DNA of 64,000 bases from Candidatus Latescibacterota bacterium. Lineage in GTDB: Bacteria > Latescibacterota > UBA2968 > UBA8231. Location: NCBI GenBank assembly GCA_965197905.1, contig CBDAOB010000004.1, positions 896,001 to 960,000 on the forward strand, given 5' to 3'. How positions within the stretch are numbered: the stretch's first letter is position 1; every line of letters starts with the position of its first letter. Position numbers and translations under genes: made by a program. Shown one piece after another: positions 1-11,078 of this stretch. The notes under the pieces are model-generated. The model worked only from the letters and a program-made list of their open reading frames with translations. It searched no databases and had not been told where the DNA came from.

Positions 1-1134
1 AGTATCCGGGTGAGGTCGGGCGGCAGTTCGCCGCGCTGCGCTTTCATCGCCCAAACGGGTGGGAGGGCGCTCGGAGGCTGCACATAGCCCGTGTTATCGT
101 CCGCTTTCCTGTAACAATGCAGCGAGCACCAGCGAGTTTGCCGCCCCGGGGCTTTCGGGGCGACACCGTGGGCGGCGTGGGAAAGGCAGCAAACGATCGA
201 GCCCGGTACAGCGAGATGCTCGATCTTCAGCGGCTTGGAGGTCACCGGATGGAGTCGATCTCTGAGCCATCCCCGCCGCAACTCGTCGTCAGTCGCGGCG
301 CGGCAGCCACTGGGGTCGCGGAAAAGATGACTGCCGGCAACCAGTTTCAGGCCGCCATCTCCCTGCGCTTCAAAACCCCGCGGATAACAGAGGGTCAGGT
401 TGATGTTGGGCCTGGGCGCGATATTCAGACACCGTGGCGCTACCGCAGTCATCGTGTCCGCCGCCAATTCCATGACTGTGCCAACGGCCGCCGGAGTAGC
501 CACCTGGTCGCGACAACAGTTGATGATGATCGAAGTAGATATCGTCGGATCTCAAGCACATCCGTTGCAACTCGAGAAACTGCGGATGGGTCAGCACGTC
601 CATCAGGAACGGGATGTGGCCGGCTGGGAAGTATTCGGCAAACAGACTGTGTTGCCGCAGCGTCTGAACGCCGGCATCATCCGTCGACCGCGGGGTCTGC
701 TGGCTGCCGCCGAGGGCGGCTTCGATCTCAGCGCTGGTGAGGAATTTCTCCGGCGGCGTACGTCCCAGGGCGAGCCAGTCAATCATGTTCCAGTCGGCCG
801 TCAGCAGAGCGTCGTTGAGCTGCTGGCCGCGTCTGAGCGCAGTGGTCCACTCGTCGATCGCGTCCGCCGTCATGACCCCGCGAAAAACGGTGTATCCATC
901 GAGCAGAAACGCCTCGGCATCAAACTGTGCTGAGACAGAGGCCATATCGAGCAAATCGCGGCGTTCCGCGGCCATGCGGACCCAGTCTTCAGCGGACCAT
1001 TGGACCGGAGAGCGATCGTTGGCGAGAAAGGCCGGTCGCGTCGCCCGCGCCAGTTCGTCAGTGGGGCCCTCAAGGACGCGGGCCAGCCCGACGTCGATCT
1101 CAGCGGGGTTGTGGAGCAACGGATTATTCAGCAC
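1..1134 (-). CDS. PhyH-family Fe(II)/2-oxoglutarate dioxygenase; frameshift at ~410; runs off left edge
   Basis: Has FLLDGYTVFRGVM and RWHSH. After an extra G at ~410 the frame continues PNINLTLCYPRGF..GGLKLVAGSHLF..PGSIVCCLSHAAHGV with no stop to position 1. Confidence 0.75.
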
Positions 1135-1212
1135 ACGTGCACCAGTTGGCCACGGGGAGAGACGGGACTACGTTTTTCGACAAGTTTCGGCGTTTCCGTG
1201 TCGGGGGAATGT

Positions 1213-1296
1213 ATGTCAGTTGAGCCGGTCGAGATAGGGCCACTGGAGATCGACATCCCGCAGGAGGCGCTTGACGATCTAGACGAGCACCTGTGA
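1213..1296 (+). pseudogene. N-terminal stump of an epoxide hydrolase (EHN-like)
   Basis: MSVEPVEIGPLEIDIPQEALDDLDEHL* resembles the EHN N-terminus 'IxPFxIxIPQxxLDDLxxRL'. Its stop overlaps the next GTG (GTGA). Confidence 0.55.
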
Positions 1297-2424
1297 CGGA
1301 ACTGCAAGACAGACTTCAGAGATTGCTCGACGAGCTTGTCAAGTCCGGCCGCGAGCTGGGACTGCAGGCAGCGGTGTACGTCGAGGGTCAACTCGTGGCC
1401 GACGTCTGGGCAGGCGACATGAAGAGGGGGGAGGGAGCACCGACCGTCGACGGCGATACCCTGTTCACCTCATGGTCGACGACCAAGGGGTTTGTCGCCA
1501 CGTGCCTCCACATCCTGGCGGATCGCAAGCAGGTCGACTACAACACGCCAGTGGCGCAGTACTGGCCCGAGTTCGGCTGCCGGGGCAAAGAAGTGATCAC
1601 CGTGCGGCAGGCGCTCAATCACACGGCGGGAATTTCCCCAATTGCCTGCGGGCACTGCTGTCGATTCGCTCAGCGACTGGGACGGCATGTGCGCGGCGAT
1701 TGCCGAGCTCGAACCACTGTGGGAACCTGGTGTGAAGGCGGCCTATCACGCGCTGACATTCGGCTGGATCATCGGGGAGGTCGTCAGGCGTGTTGACGGG
1801 CGGTCGATCTCGGCGTTTGCTCGCGAAGAACTCTGCGAGCCCCTCGGCATCAGCGATTTCTATCTTGGAGTCCCACCAGCTGTCGAGGACCGGGTCGCCA
1901 CACTCGTCGACGATGTGGCGCCCGAGGCGGGCTCCGGTCTCCGCGAGCAGGCGCTGCCCCTGCACACCGCCACGGCTGATACAATGAATTTGCCCGCTGT
2001 GCGGCGGGCGGCAATTCCGGGAAGTGGCGGCGTCATGAAAGCCCGCGCCATTGCACGGCACTATGCTGCGCTCGCCGCCGGCGGCGAGCTGGCGGGAGTT
2101 CGCATTCTGTCAGCGGACCGCGTGGCGGCGGCGACTGCCCTGCAGACGGATGCCCGCGACGAAGTGATGGAAGTGCGCAACAGCAAAGCCCTGGGATACA
2201 TGCTCGGTGGTGTGGAGGAGGAGGGTGGCGATGTGCGCATCGGCTCCACCGGTTCGGCGTTCGGTCATCCCGGTCACGGCGGCTCGATCGGATTTGCGGA
2301 TCCGAGCAGGGCAATGGCGGTCGGTTTCACCAAGAATCTGATGACCAATCACGCAGACAGGCGATTGTCCGCAGCCTATCTTGTAGGTCAGGTCGCTCGC
2401 GACTGGGTCGATGGAAGCAGATGA
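1293..2424 (+). CDS. Serine hydrolase, beta-lactamase class C-like family; frameshift at ~1635
   Basis: SxxK (WSTTKG), LNHTAG, YHALTFGW and FGHPGHGG motifs. ORFs 1293-1796 and 1642-2424 join if one T is removed from GAATTTCCCC. Confidence 0.85.
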
Positions 2425-2463
2425 GTAACTGACAGAAACGTAGGGAATGAGAGGCGATGAGCC

Positions 2464-2713
2464 ATGATGGACTGGAAAGACAACGCAACACAGATCAAGC
2501 ACGATTTCGACCGGGACGGGTATATCATCCTGCGGAGCTACCTGAGCGCGGAGGAGACTGCCGCTGTGGCGGAAAACGTCGAGCGTTATGTGTCCGACGT
2601 GCTGCCCGGTTTGCCGAGCGATTTGGCGTATTACGAGGTCAAGGTGACACCGAGACCATCATGCGCTTGAGCAGTATGACCGATCACGACAGCTACTTCC
2701 AGGAACTCATGTG
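2464..2713 (+). pseudogene. Truncated N-terminal fragment of a PhyH-family dioxygenase
   Basis: HDFDRDGYIILRSYLSAEE... with a frameshift at ~2644 to GDTETIMRLSSMTDHDSYFQELM*. Ends before the HxD motif. Confidence 0.65.
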
Positions 2714-2910
2714 ACGCGCTGTCCGGACTGTGCTTGTGGGCCTGACCTTCGACGACGGCAACAAGCCAGACGTAACCTTTGTGGCACCGCTGCTTACGTA
2801 GTTGGGCGCCACGATGTCTATCAGATAGCTCTCCATCTTAGTGGCAACTGGGCGACACCGAACCTCAATACTAATCTCTTCCAACTACATGACCGCCGTA
2901 ACGATTTCGC

Positions 2911-2939
2911 TTGCCCATCAATTGGCAGATACTTATACT
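2911..2939 (+). promoter_or_regulatory. Candidate sigma70 promoter
   Basis: TTGCCC-N17-TATACT, ~150 bp upstream of the GTG at 3092. Confidence 0.5.
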
Positions 2940-3091
2940 GGCCCCGCCAAATAGCTGAACCGGCCAAAGACGCGTATTCTCCTCAGAACACCGGTGGCCG
3001 TCTTGCAAAGAAGGCAGCGTGCAAGACAGATATCGGTTGCGTCGCCCACCATGCACCGGCGTTCAGGTCCAACCTCGCGAAAGGGGCAACC

Positions 3092-5652
3092 GTGTACAGA
3101 CGGACATCGACGTTTGCAGTGACAGCTCTGCTCACTGCCGCCACGATTCACGCGCAAGATATGTCGGATTATCAGATCGAAACCGGGAAGGGAACGCTGA
3201 CCTGGGGGGAGTTCGTCGATGTCTTCGAGGGATATCGCGCCGCGACGAAGACCCATGCCTACAGTCAGATCAACTCACTGAGAAAGTCGATCCCCGGCCA
3301 CCTGGAGCTTGCGACCAAGCACTTCGGTGAGGTCAGTTCGATCGAGGCGGGCCCCGGGCGGCGGCGCAGCGATGTGTCGACTACGCCGGACAACGCGTGG
3401 AGGCGGCGACCGCCGCGGATCCTGCGGGTGAGCTGTTCCTGTTCCTGGAGACGGCAGGCGATCTGTGGAAAGGTAAGAAAGGACCTCGGGATAACTGGGA
3501 CGATGAGACAATCGTCACCCAGTACTCCCGCGATGACGATGCCGACTGCCTCAGCCCCGGGCGCGTGTCGCAGCTGGCTGCCAGCATCCGTGACAACTGG
3601 CCTCCGAAGCAGATGAAGGGCAAGCAAAGAAAAGACTACCAACCGCCGGCCGCCCCCCAGCAGGTGGCTCACGAGCAGGCCGAGCTGGACCGGCTGACTG
3701 AGGAGCTCGCCCCCCCCAGGAGGCGGCCGACGCCGCGGAGGCGGATCTGACGGACGCCCTCGAGCGGAGCAAGGTCCCCCCTACGACCAGGCCATCGAGG
3801 CGCGTGACCTGGCCGAGAGTGGCTTCGCCGAGCTGACGTACCAGATGAACAGGGAAGCGGGTCTGATGCGTCTGGTCGAGGACGCGGCACTCCAGAAGAC
3901 GCAGCCCGAGCTGGATCTGGTCAAGTATGAGAATGCGCAGCCGCACAACGGCAGCTGTGGTGGGCCGAACGAGCCCGTCTGCTACAAGCCGCTGAAGGCA
4001 GAAAAGAAGGGGGACATCGGCTGCGAAGCGGGAGATTTCTTCAGCCTTCGCAATGGTGGCGAGTGCTGGTCCTGCCCGTCGGGCTACGAGCCCACGCTCG
4101 ACGCCATGAACCCCTTTACTCTGGACACCAGTCAGCGAGCCTGCGTGAAGACGACCTCCGCGGGACACGTAAAGGCGATCAAGGGAGATCCGACACCATG
4201 GCCGTGGGAGTGCACCGGCAAGTACTTCTGGGACGTCGGCAATGCCAGATGCTACAGGTGCCCTGACGACAACCCCCATCGCACACTCCATTCCGTGACG
4301 GGCTCTAAGGCCTGCAGCAGCCCGTCCCGCACGTCCCATCACTCCGCCAGCTTCGTGAAGAAGGTCGGATGGTGCGACGCCGGGCAGTTTCCTGTGCTGG
4401 GGGAGAATTCCGGCTGCTACACCTGCCCCCGCTATTACTCGCGTGATCCCTTCCAGCCCATCGATGGAGAAGGCGCCTGTGCCCGCTCGCCCTGGCAGAT
4501 GTGTGATCCGGGCAACATGATCGTCGGCAGCCAGTGCCAGACCGCAGGCTACTGTGGCCGCGAGGGTCAGCGACCGTGTTACGTCTACGAGCGCATCCCG
4601 TCGTGTGATGCGGGGCTTGTGGAGGACTTCGGTAACGGCACCTGCCGCAAACAGGAAGCCAACCAGGCGTGCAAAGACTTCGTGACCTTGCTGCTCGAGG
4701 CGAAGGCGACGGCCGAAGACGCCAAGGTCCCGAGCGTGAAGTTCATCGACAACATCGTGGCGGCGCTCAACAAGGAGAAGGAGAAGCTGCGGAAGGAGCT
4801 GTCCAAGATCGCCGATACATCCAGTCTCGAGGCCGAAATGGCGAAGCGCACGGCGCCAATCGAGAAGCAGATCCAGCCCCTGATCGAGGTCCGCAACACA
4901 CTGAAGGACCTCGAGGCGGAGATCTTCACCGCCGACTTCCTCTGCGGGGCTACCGGACAGGAGGGGGCAGACATGTTCGCGCGGGCCGGGATCACCAAGG
5001 AGCTGCTCGCGGAGCTGCAGGGCGGTGGATCCACCGGCATGTGGCTTGACGATGGTGGCTTCGGCCTCCTGTCGGCCGCTTACGCAGATGACGGCCCCCT
5101 CGTGGAGAGCCTCGTCCTTTCCACCGGCTTCGGCGTGACGATCTCGGCCTGACCTACTCGAACGATCTCGGCACCGACGGCGAGGCCACGGGTTCACTCA
5201 CCTGGGCTATCTCTGGAGGCATGGGCACACCGGATCCCGCAGAGCCCGACCTGAAGGTCGAGCTCGTCGACACTTTCGGACTGTCCTTCAATGACGCGCT
5301 GCCCGCCAGTGACGACGACGAGTGCTCGCAAGCCTGGCACGTGCTCCCACCCTTTCAGTACGAAATCACCATTGAGGGCAAGACGGGTAACCCTAAGATC
5401 GATTACGCACTGAATCTGCCGTCGGCACTGGGGTTTGGCTGGGAGATCGACTTCAACAAGCTGCCGTGCCTCGGCTATGAGAGTGCTGCCGACTTTGCCC
5501 GGGATGCTCTGCCCGAGATCAGCATCACCACGGCGCACCAGGTCTTTCCCAAACCGGATTCGTCCTCAACCGAGGCCGCGATCGAGGTCGAGACAAACCT
5601 GGGTTACGAGGGGGATGCGCCCGGCGCCTCGGCGGAGGGTAGCTTTTTCTAG
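3092..5652 (+). CDS. Large secreted cysteine-rich repeat protein, split by several frameshifts
   Basis: Signal peptide (MYRRTSTFAVTALLTAATIHA-QD). Consecutive + strand ORF pieces 3092-~3400, 3397-3750, 3845-5152 and 5221-5652. Repeats CWSCPSGY / CYRCPDD / CYTCPRYY, then CGREGQRPC and a coiled-coil-like segment. Confidence 0.55.
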
Positions 5653-5788
5653 ACCCGTGCGCCGGTTCTAGATGGGTTGCATGGAAGGGCCCGATCCGAG
5701 TCGCGATCCCCTTCGTTTCTTCAGCCTGTGAACCATCTGACGCGTGACGTCTGTCCTCAACTACCACGATTCGCGAAGGAGGAAACAG

Positions 5789-6295
5789 ATGGGCTTTCCG
5801 CACCTGTCATTCGTTGCTTTCGCCCTGGGGCTGGTCGCCTCCGGGTGCACCACCCACGGGATCCATCAGGCACGGACCAATGTGTCCGAGCACGGCATCA
5901 CGGCGATCTCGTATCCCGAGAACCACCGCGTCGCCTTCCTGAAGAAGAACCACGACATCGAGCATCTGTGCGCCGGGCCCGGCATCGACGTGGCCAGCAG
6001 CTCCGTGGGGGGATTCTCCCTCGGTCTGTCCGGCGGACCTGTGGCTGGCGACAAGGTCGGCAACACTAGAGAGACGGTGGAAACGAGCCTGGGCGGCCGG
6101 GATGCATCGGTGCTATTGGCGCGGGAGATCCTGTTCCGGACCTGCGAGGCCGCGATGAACCACGAGTTCCCACCCGAGCAGGCGCTGAGTCTGCTGCGAG
6201 ACGCGTTGAAGACCATCCAGGCGATCGCCGCGGCGCACGACGACGTAGGCACCGATGCGACCCAGGGGCCGGAGTTCATCAAGCCCGCCGACTGA
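5789..6295 (+). CDS. Hypothetical lipoprotein
   Basis: AAGGAGG RBS before ATG 5789; hydrophobic signal with lipobox VASG-C. Confidence 0.7.
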   Translation: MGFPHLSFVAFALGLVASGCTTHGIHQARTNVSEHGITAISYPENHRVAFLKKNHDIEHLCAGPGIDVASSSVGGFSLGLSGGPVAGDKVGNTRETVETSLGGRDASVLLAREILFRTCEAAMNHEFPPEQALSLLRDALKTIQAIAAAHDDVGTDATQGPEFIKPAD

Positions 6296-6368
6296 CGGAT
6301 CCCGATTCAAGGAAGCGGCGGCTGCCGCCAGATTCGGTCTCCCTCCGCACCCAACTCACGGAGCCGGC

Positions 6369-6449
6369 CTCATCGCCGTCCTCACCGACCCAAGTTCGAT
6401 CCGCCGCTGTCTGCACAGTATGGGCTTGCCGGCGCGGGCGCCACCGCGC
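6369..6449 (+). mobile_element. C-terminal remnant of an IS91-family (rolling-circle) transposase
   Basis: LIAVLTDPSSIRRCLHSMGLPARAPPR matches the recalled IS91/ISCR tail 'IAxIxDPxxIxxILxHLGL...RAPP'. The rest of the gene is absent. Confidence 0.65.
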
Positions 6450-6502
6450 CGCTTCGACGCTTTTCCCAGGCGCCGAGCGGCACGCAATAACCAGGAGGTA
6501 CC

Positions 6503-8701
6503 ATGGCACGATCGCGTTACACCGCCGAGCTCTTGCGGAAAATCCCGTACGAAGACCGCGTCTGCCGCATTGAGCACTACCCGGAATGTTTGAGTCCCGA
6601 CGTACGCGACGAGCCACGCGCGACTATTCAACAGGAAGTCGACGCCATCGCCGATGCCGGTACCCAGGTCTGGAGCATCGGGGCGATGCGCCACAACCCC
6701 GAAGGCGTCGGGAAAGGCCGTTCGTGGCCCTTATGGGACTCCAAGATGATTCCGCGTCCGGAAGAGTGGGCTGAGGACGCGGAGCGCTTGAAGGAGTTCG
6801 TGGAGGTGGCCCACAAACGGGGGATACTCATGCTGAGCTACTACCCGTTCATCTTCACCACGCCAATCCACAGGCAGCATCCGGAGTGGGGCATTCAAAT
6901 GCTTGACGATGGCGGCGTAGAGGTCTGGAACGAGGGGTGGCTGTGCTGGAACTCCCCGTACCGCGATTGGCTGCCGCAATACCTCAACGAGATGATTGAG
7001 TACTTCGACCTGGACGGCGTCTACTTCGATGATATGAACTGCGGATCCCATTCCGATGCCGGGCAGCGCCGCACGGGTGGGTGCACCTGCGCCTTCTGCA
7101 AGGAGCAGTACCTGGCCGAGACCGGTCGCGAGCTGCCAACAACAGTCGACATGGAAGACGCGGATTTCCGCCGGTATGTCGCCTGGCGCTACGGGAAATT
7201 CAACGACGGTGTGGAGCACGTGGCCAAAGGCGTCTACGCAAAACACCCGGACGCAGTCCTGGATTGGAACTATTATGGCCGGCCATACGGCAGCCCGGAC
7301 ACCGGTTGGATGTCGAGCCATCCACTGAATCCACTGCCCACCACCACCCACTTCTTCATGGAGGCCGGGTTGGACAATCTCGGCATGAGTTTTCCCGCGA
7401 AGCTGCTGCGAGCCGCCGGGCCCTCGTTCGGGTACTTCTTCAATGCGTCGAGAAGTGCCGGAAGTATTGGGCCTTCACCGAATCCGGAACCCCACACCGG
7501 CGCCGTCGCGGCACTGTCTGCCGTTGCCCGCGGCGGTGCTTCGGTAACGGTCGGTGTTCACGCGGGTTCGTTTACCCATTGGGGCGATGCGTTGGAATCG
7601 ATCTTCTCGGAGGCGAAGAAGCTGCGGCCGCACGTGAACGGAGAATCGGTCAAGCATGTCGCCTTCCATGTCTCGCAGCAAAGCAGAGACTTTCATTATT
7701 ACACCGACATCGACGAATTCTGGAAGTTGTGCCGGGGCAGCGAAGAGATGCTGAAACGTTCGCAACTGCTCACCGAAGTGGTCTTCGACGACCACCTCAC
7801 ACTGGATACTCTGTGTGGGTATAAGGTGTTGATGCTCTCGAACAGCGGGTGTCTATCCGACGGCCAGGTGGATGCGATCCGCGAGTTCGTCAACCGCGGC
7901 GGTTGCCTGATCGCCACCTACCAGAGCTCGCTATTCGACGAACTCGGGCAGAAGCGCAGCAACTTCGGGCTGGCGGATGTTCTGGGCGTCGACTGCGCAA
8001 CCCCGGAAAGGGGAGAAATCCTCGATTCGGAAGACGGGACGACAGATTCTGGCGAGACCAACATCATCGTGCCACAGACCGAACAATTGAAGGCCATGTT
8101 TGGACATTTTCTCGCGTTCGAGGCCGGGCAGACCGAGATCTCTGTGCGTTCGGCTTCGGAGCCGGAGGTTCTTTTTACCAAGAGCGGATTGAAACGGAGG
8201 GGCACTAGGGGACCGCTGTCCGGTGAGTTCTTCGACAGGCCCGATCTCGATTCCGGACGACCTGCCCTTACCCGACACCGATTCGGAAAAGGCACGGCGA
8301 TCTACATATGTGGGGACCTTGGTCAGGGGTTCTATCGCAGCCCTTTGCCACAGCTTCGGCAGCTACTCGACCTGCTGGCGCGGACGACACAGCCGGCCAT
8401 CGAAGTAGAGGCGCCGCAGGTGATCGACGTGACCGCCTGCCGAAGCGATCCGGGACAGCTGATGGTTCACCTGTTGAACAATCCGTTTCCCATGCTTCCC
8501 TGGGACACCTCCCGGGGTTCCCCCTATTTCTGCATCGACGAAATCTTGCCGGTGCAAAATGTGGTGATTCGCCTGAACGACTCTAGGGCCGGGTCGGCGT
8601 CGTTGCCCCTGCGCGACCAGTCGTTGACACCAAGCTCCGACGGCAAGCAGATCACCGTCCCCGAGGTTGGCTTGCACGAGATCGTGCTGATCGATTCGTG
8701 A
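6503..8701 (+). CDS. Glycoside hydrolase-like protein (GHL6/GH42-like TIM barrel with beta-galactosidase trimerisation domain)
   Basis: CAGGAGG RBS; CWNSPYRDW, DGVYFDD, CTCAFC and YKVLMLSNSGCLSDGQVDAIREFVNRGGCLIATY motifs. Confidence 0.75.
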   Translation: MARSRYTAELLRKIPYEDRVCRIEHYPECLSPDVRDEPRATIQQEVDAIADAGTQVWSIGAMRHNPEGVGKGRSWPLWDSKMIPRPEEWAEDAERLKEFVEVAHKRGILMLSYYPFIFTTPIHRQHPEWGIQMLDDGGVEVWNEGWLCWNSPYRDWLPQYLNEMIEYFDLDGVYFDDMNCGSHSDAGQRRTGGCTCAFCKEQYLAETGRELPTTVDMEDADFRRYVAWRYGKFNDGVEHVAKGVYAKHPDAVLDWNYYGRPYGSPDTGWMSSHPLNPLPTTTHFFMEAGLDNLGMSFPAKLLRAAGPSFGYFFNASRSAGSIGPSPNPEPHTGAVAALSAVARGGASVTVGVHAGSFTHWGDALESIFSEAKKLRPHVNGESVKHVAFHVSQQSRDFHYYTDIDEFWKLCRGSEEMLKRSQLLTEVVFDDHLTLDTLCGYKVLMLSNSGCLSDGQVDAIREFVNRGGCLIATYQSSLFDELGQKRSNFGLADVLGVDCATPERGEILDSEDGTTDSGETNIIVPQTEQLKAMFGHFLAFEAGQTEISVRSASEPEVLFTKSGLKRRGTRGPLSGEFFDRPDLDSGRPALTRHRFGKGTAIYICGDLGQGFYRSPLPQLRQLLDLLARTTQPAIEVEAPQVIDVTACRSDPGQLMVHLLNNPFPMLPWDTSRGSPYFCIDEILPVQNVVIRLNDSRAGSASLPLRDQSLTPSSDGKQITVPEVGLHEIVLIDS

Positions 8702-8740
8702 GCGATCGACCCGCGTGCTAGCCTGAAGGGAGAAATCGGA

Positions 8741-10048
8741 ATGAAGGTAACCATCTATTGTGCCACGCTGCTGGCTTTCACTTGCCTGAGCGAGATCGCC
8801 GCCGAGTCGAACTGGCCGAACTGGCGCGGTCCCAGCCGAAATGGACTAAGTCCAGACAAAGGGCTACCCGTGAACTGGGGGCCGACGGAGAACATCGTCT
8901 GGAAGACCGCTTTGCCCTCCTGAGGTGCCGGCACGCCCATCGTCTGGGGCGACCGCATCTTCGTGACATCCGCGTCAGGAACCGAAGCCGATGCGGTGGA
9001 GCCGACAAAGCGCGGCGGCGATGCCGGTGGGCCTGCCCTGCTTCTCATCTGCATCGCCAAGGAGACCGGCACGGTGCTCTGGCAGCGGGAGCTAGACAGG
9101 GGGAATCAGTACCATCGAAAACACAACCTTGCATCCCCTTCGCCAGTCACCGACGGAAAAAACGTGTGGACGGTAGCGGGCACTGGCATGGTGAGCGCCT
9201 TCGACATGGAAGGCGAGCAGCTCTGGCGCAAGAATCTCCAGGAGTTATACGGCCCCTTTGGTCTGATATTCGGGTACGCCGCTTCTCCGTTGTTGCTCGA
9301 CGACAAGCTGGTCATCGAAGTGTTGCACGGGTACAAGACGGACGATCCCTCGTACCTGGTCGCCTTCGATGCGTTGAGTGGCGATGTAAAGTGGCACCAG
9401 GAGCGACCTACGGACGCCGTCAAGGAATCGCCCGATGCCTACACCACGCCGACGCTTCTTCGCCGCAACGGAAAGAGCGAGATTGTCGTCTCAGGCGCGG
9501 ATTATGTGACCGGTCACGATCCTGACACCGGCGCAGAGCTCTGGCGTATCGCCGGCCTTAATCCGGAAAAGGAGGGCAATTACCGCGTCGTCGGCTCACC
9601 AGTTGTCGTGGACGGAATGATCTACGCGCCTACCCGCAAGCGACCTCTGCTCGCCATCCGGGCCGACGACGACCGACCTCGTATTGCCTGGCGATTTATG
9701 GGAAAGGCAGCCCCCGACGTTCCCACCCCCGTCAGCGACGGCAGCCGCTTCTTCATGGTGGACGACCAGGGCATCGCCACCTGTCTCGATGCCAAGACCG
9801 GTGAAGCGGTCTGGGGACCGGAACGCACCGCCCAAGGTGTGGTCAGTGCCTCACCCATTCTGGCGGACGGCAAGCTCTTCATCACCAATGAGAATGCCGT
9901 CACCACGGTGCTAGAAGCGGGACCTGTATTCAAGATGCTGGCCACCAACGAGCTGGATGGCAGCTACACCCTCTCTTCTCTCGCCGTGAGCGATTCGCGG
10001 ATCTTCATACGAACGGCGACCCACCTCTACTGCATCGTCAAGACCTGA
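8741..10048 (+). CDS. PQQ-like/BamB-type beta-propeller protein with in-frame TGA at 8921-8923
   Basis: Signal peptide, NWPNWRGP, WKTALPS*GAGTPIVWGDRIFVT and repeated SP..DG..W motifs. The two ORFs are in the same frame. Confidence 0.8.
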
Positions 10049-10151
10049 TGAAGCACGGCAGACGGATCTGGAGTCGATGCGATGGGAATTCTGCCGAATG
10101 GCGGTTGGTTCACGAAGCGAACCTGTAGGAGTAGAGTTCAGGGAGAGGACA

Positions 10152-10990
10152 TCATGGACCGTCGTAACGCTCCACGAATGTCTTCGGAAATGCCGCAGTC
10201 TTGCGCAGCACGTCCTCCGCAGTTGCGCGGCTCACTTCAAACATGAGTTCACCCTTGTAGTCAATGTCTTTGAGTGCAGCGAAAACCTCTCCCCACTCGA
10301 TGTTGCCATCAAAAGCGGGCTTATGATCCGTGTCTGTGAAATCGTGCAGGTGAAGATGCAAGAGGCGCTTGCCACATTGGGTCATAGTCTGACGGGCGAC
10401 TTCTTTCTTGACGAAGGGATTGATGCCATCAGGGTCCCTTTGATGACCGATGTCCACCGTGATACCGAAGCGATCGGCATCTATCTTGTCCACGAACGCG
10501 ATGCAGTCTGATATTTGAGGATTCGGTAACAGGTTCGCACACGTGAGTGTCAGAGATGAGCCGTGCAGTTGACCCAAAATCTCGATGACCGATTTCTCCG
10601 ACTGCTCGCCAACATCAAAGTGTCCCGCATAAATAGCGGCACCCAGCTCCTCTGCCGCCCTTGCCGCCATGATGCCTTCCCTTACCGCGGCCCTCCTCTC
10701 CTCTTCATCTTCTGAACCAAAAGGAAGGCCGGGGCCATGCGCAGAAACGATCGAAACGCCTTGCTTCTGGCATTCAGCCTTGTCTCCGATACATGAGTGG
10801 GATCGTGATAGTCGCACTGCAGGGGGTGTAAATATACCTCAATCCGAGCTATCCCCGCCTCGCGAATCGCTGCAATCTCTCTCGCTCCGAGCACTGATTT
10901 CTCCACCTTGAGCGCGGAGATTCCGAGTCGATCCTCGATCTCTCGAGATGTCCACCGAGGGAGTGAGTCGGGAGCTGCGCTGATTCCCAT
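10152..10990 (-). CDS. Sugar-phosphate isomerase/epimerase (xylose isomerase-like TIM barrel); frameshift at ~10780
   Basis: GITVDIGH, HLHLHD, DHKPAFDGNIEW and YKGELMFE motifs. N-terminus lies in ORF 10682-11011. Confidence 0.75.
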
Positions 10991-11078
10991 CGTACCTCTC
11001 CAGCATTTCAACCGGACCGCGCCAGGATTAGGCCGCTATCCTACCGGCTGGTTGATGACCATTTTGTCTTGCTTAGAG

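Noticed and set aside
3551..5197. 548-aa minus-strand ORF and similar long antisense ORFs (e.g. 21518-22735, 62763-63953, 49728-50723)
   Set aside because: Shadow frames of high-GC coding genes on the opposite strand, with no recognisable motifs.
8921..8923. In-frame TGA in the PQQ-propeller gene as selenocysteine or stop-codon recoding
   Set aside because: The position is normally Trp, and TGAGGT is a simple G-run swap of TGGAGT (Trp-Ser), typical of read error. TGA is used as a true stop throughout the window.
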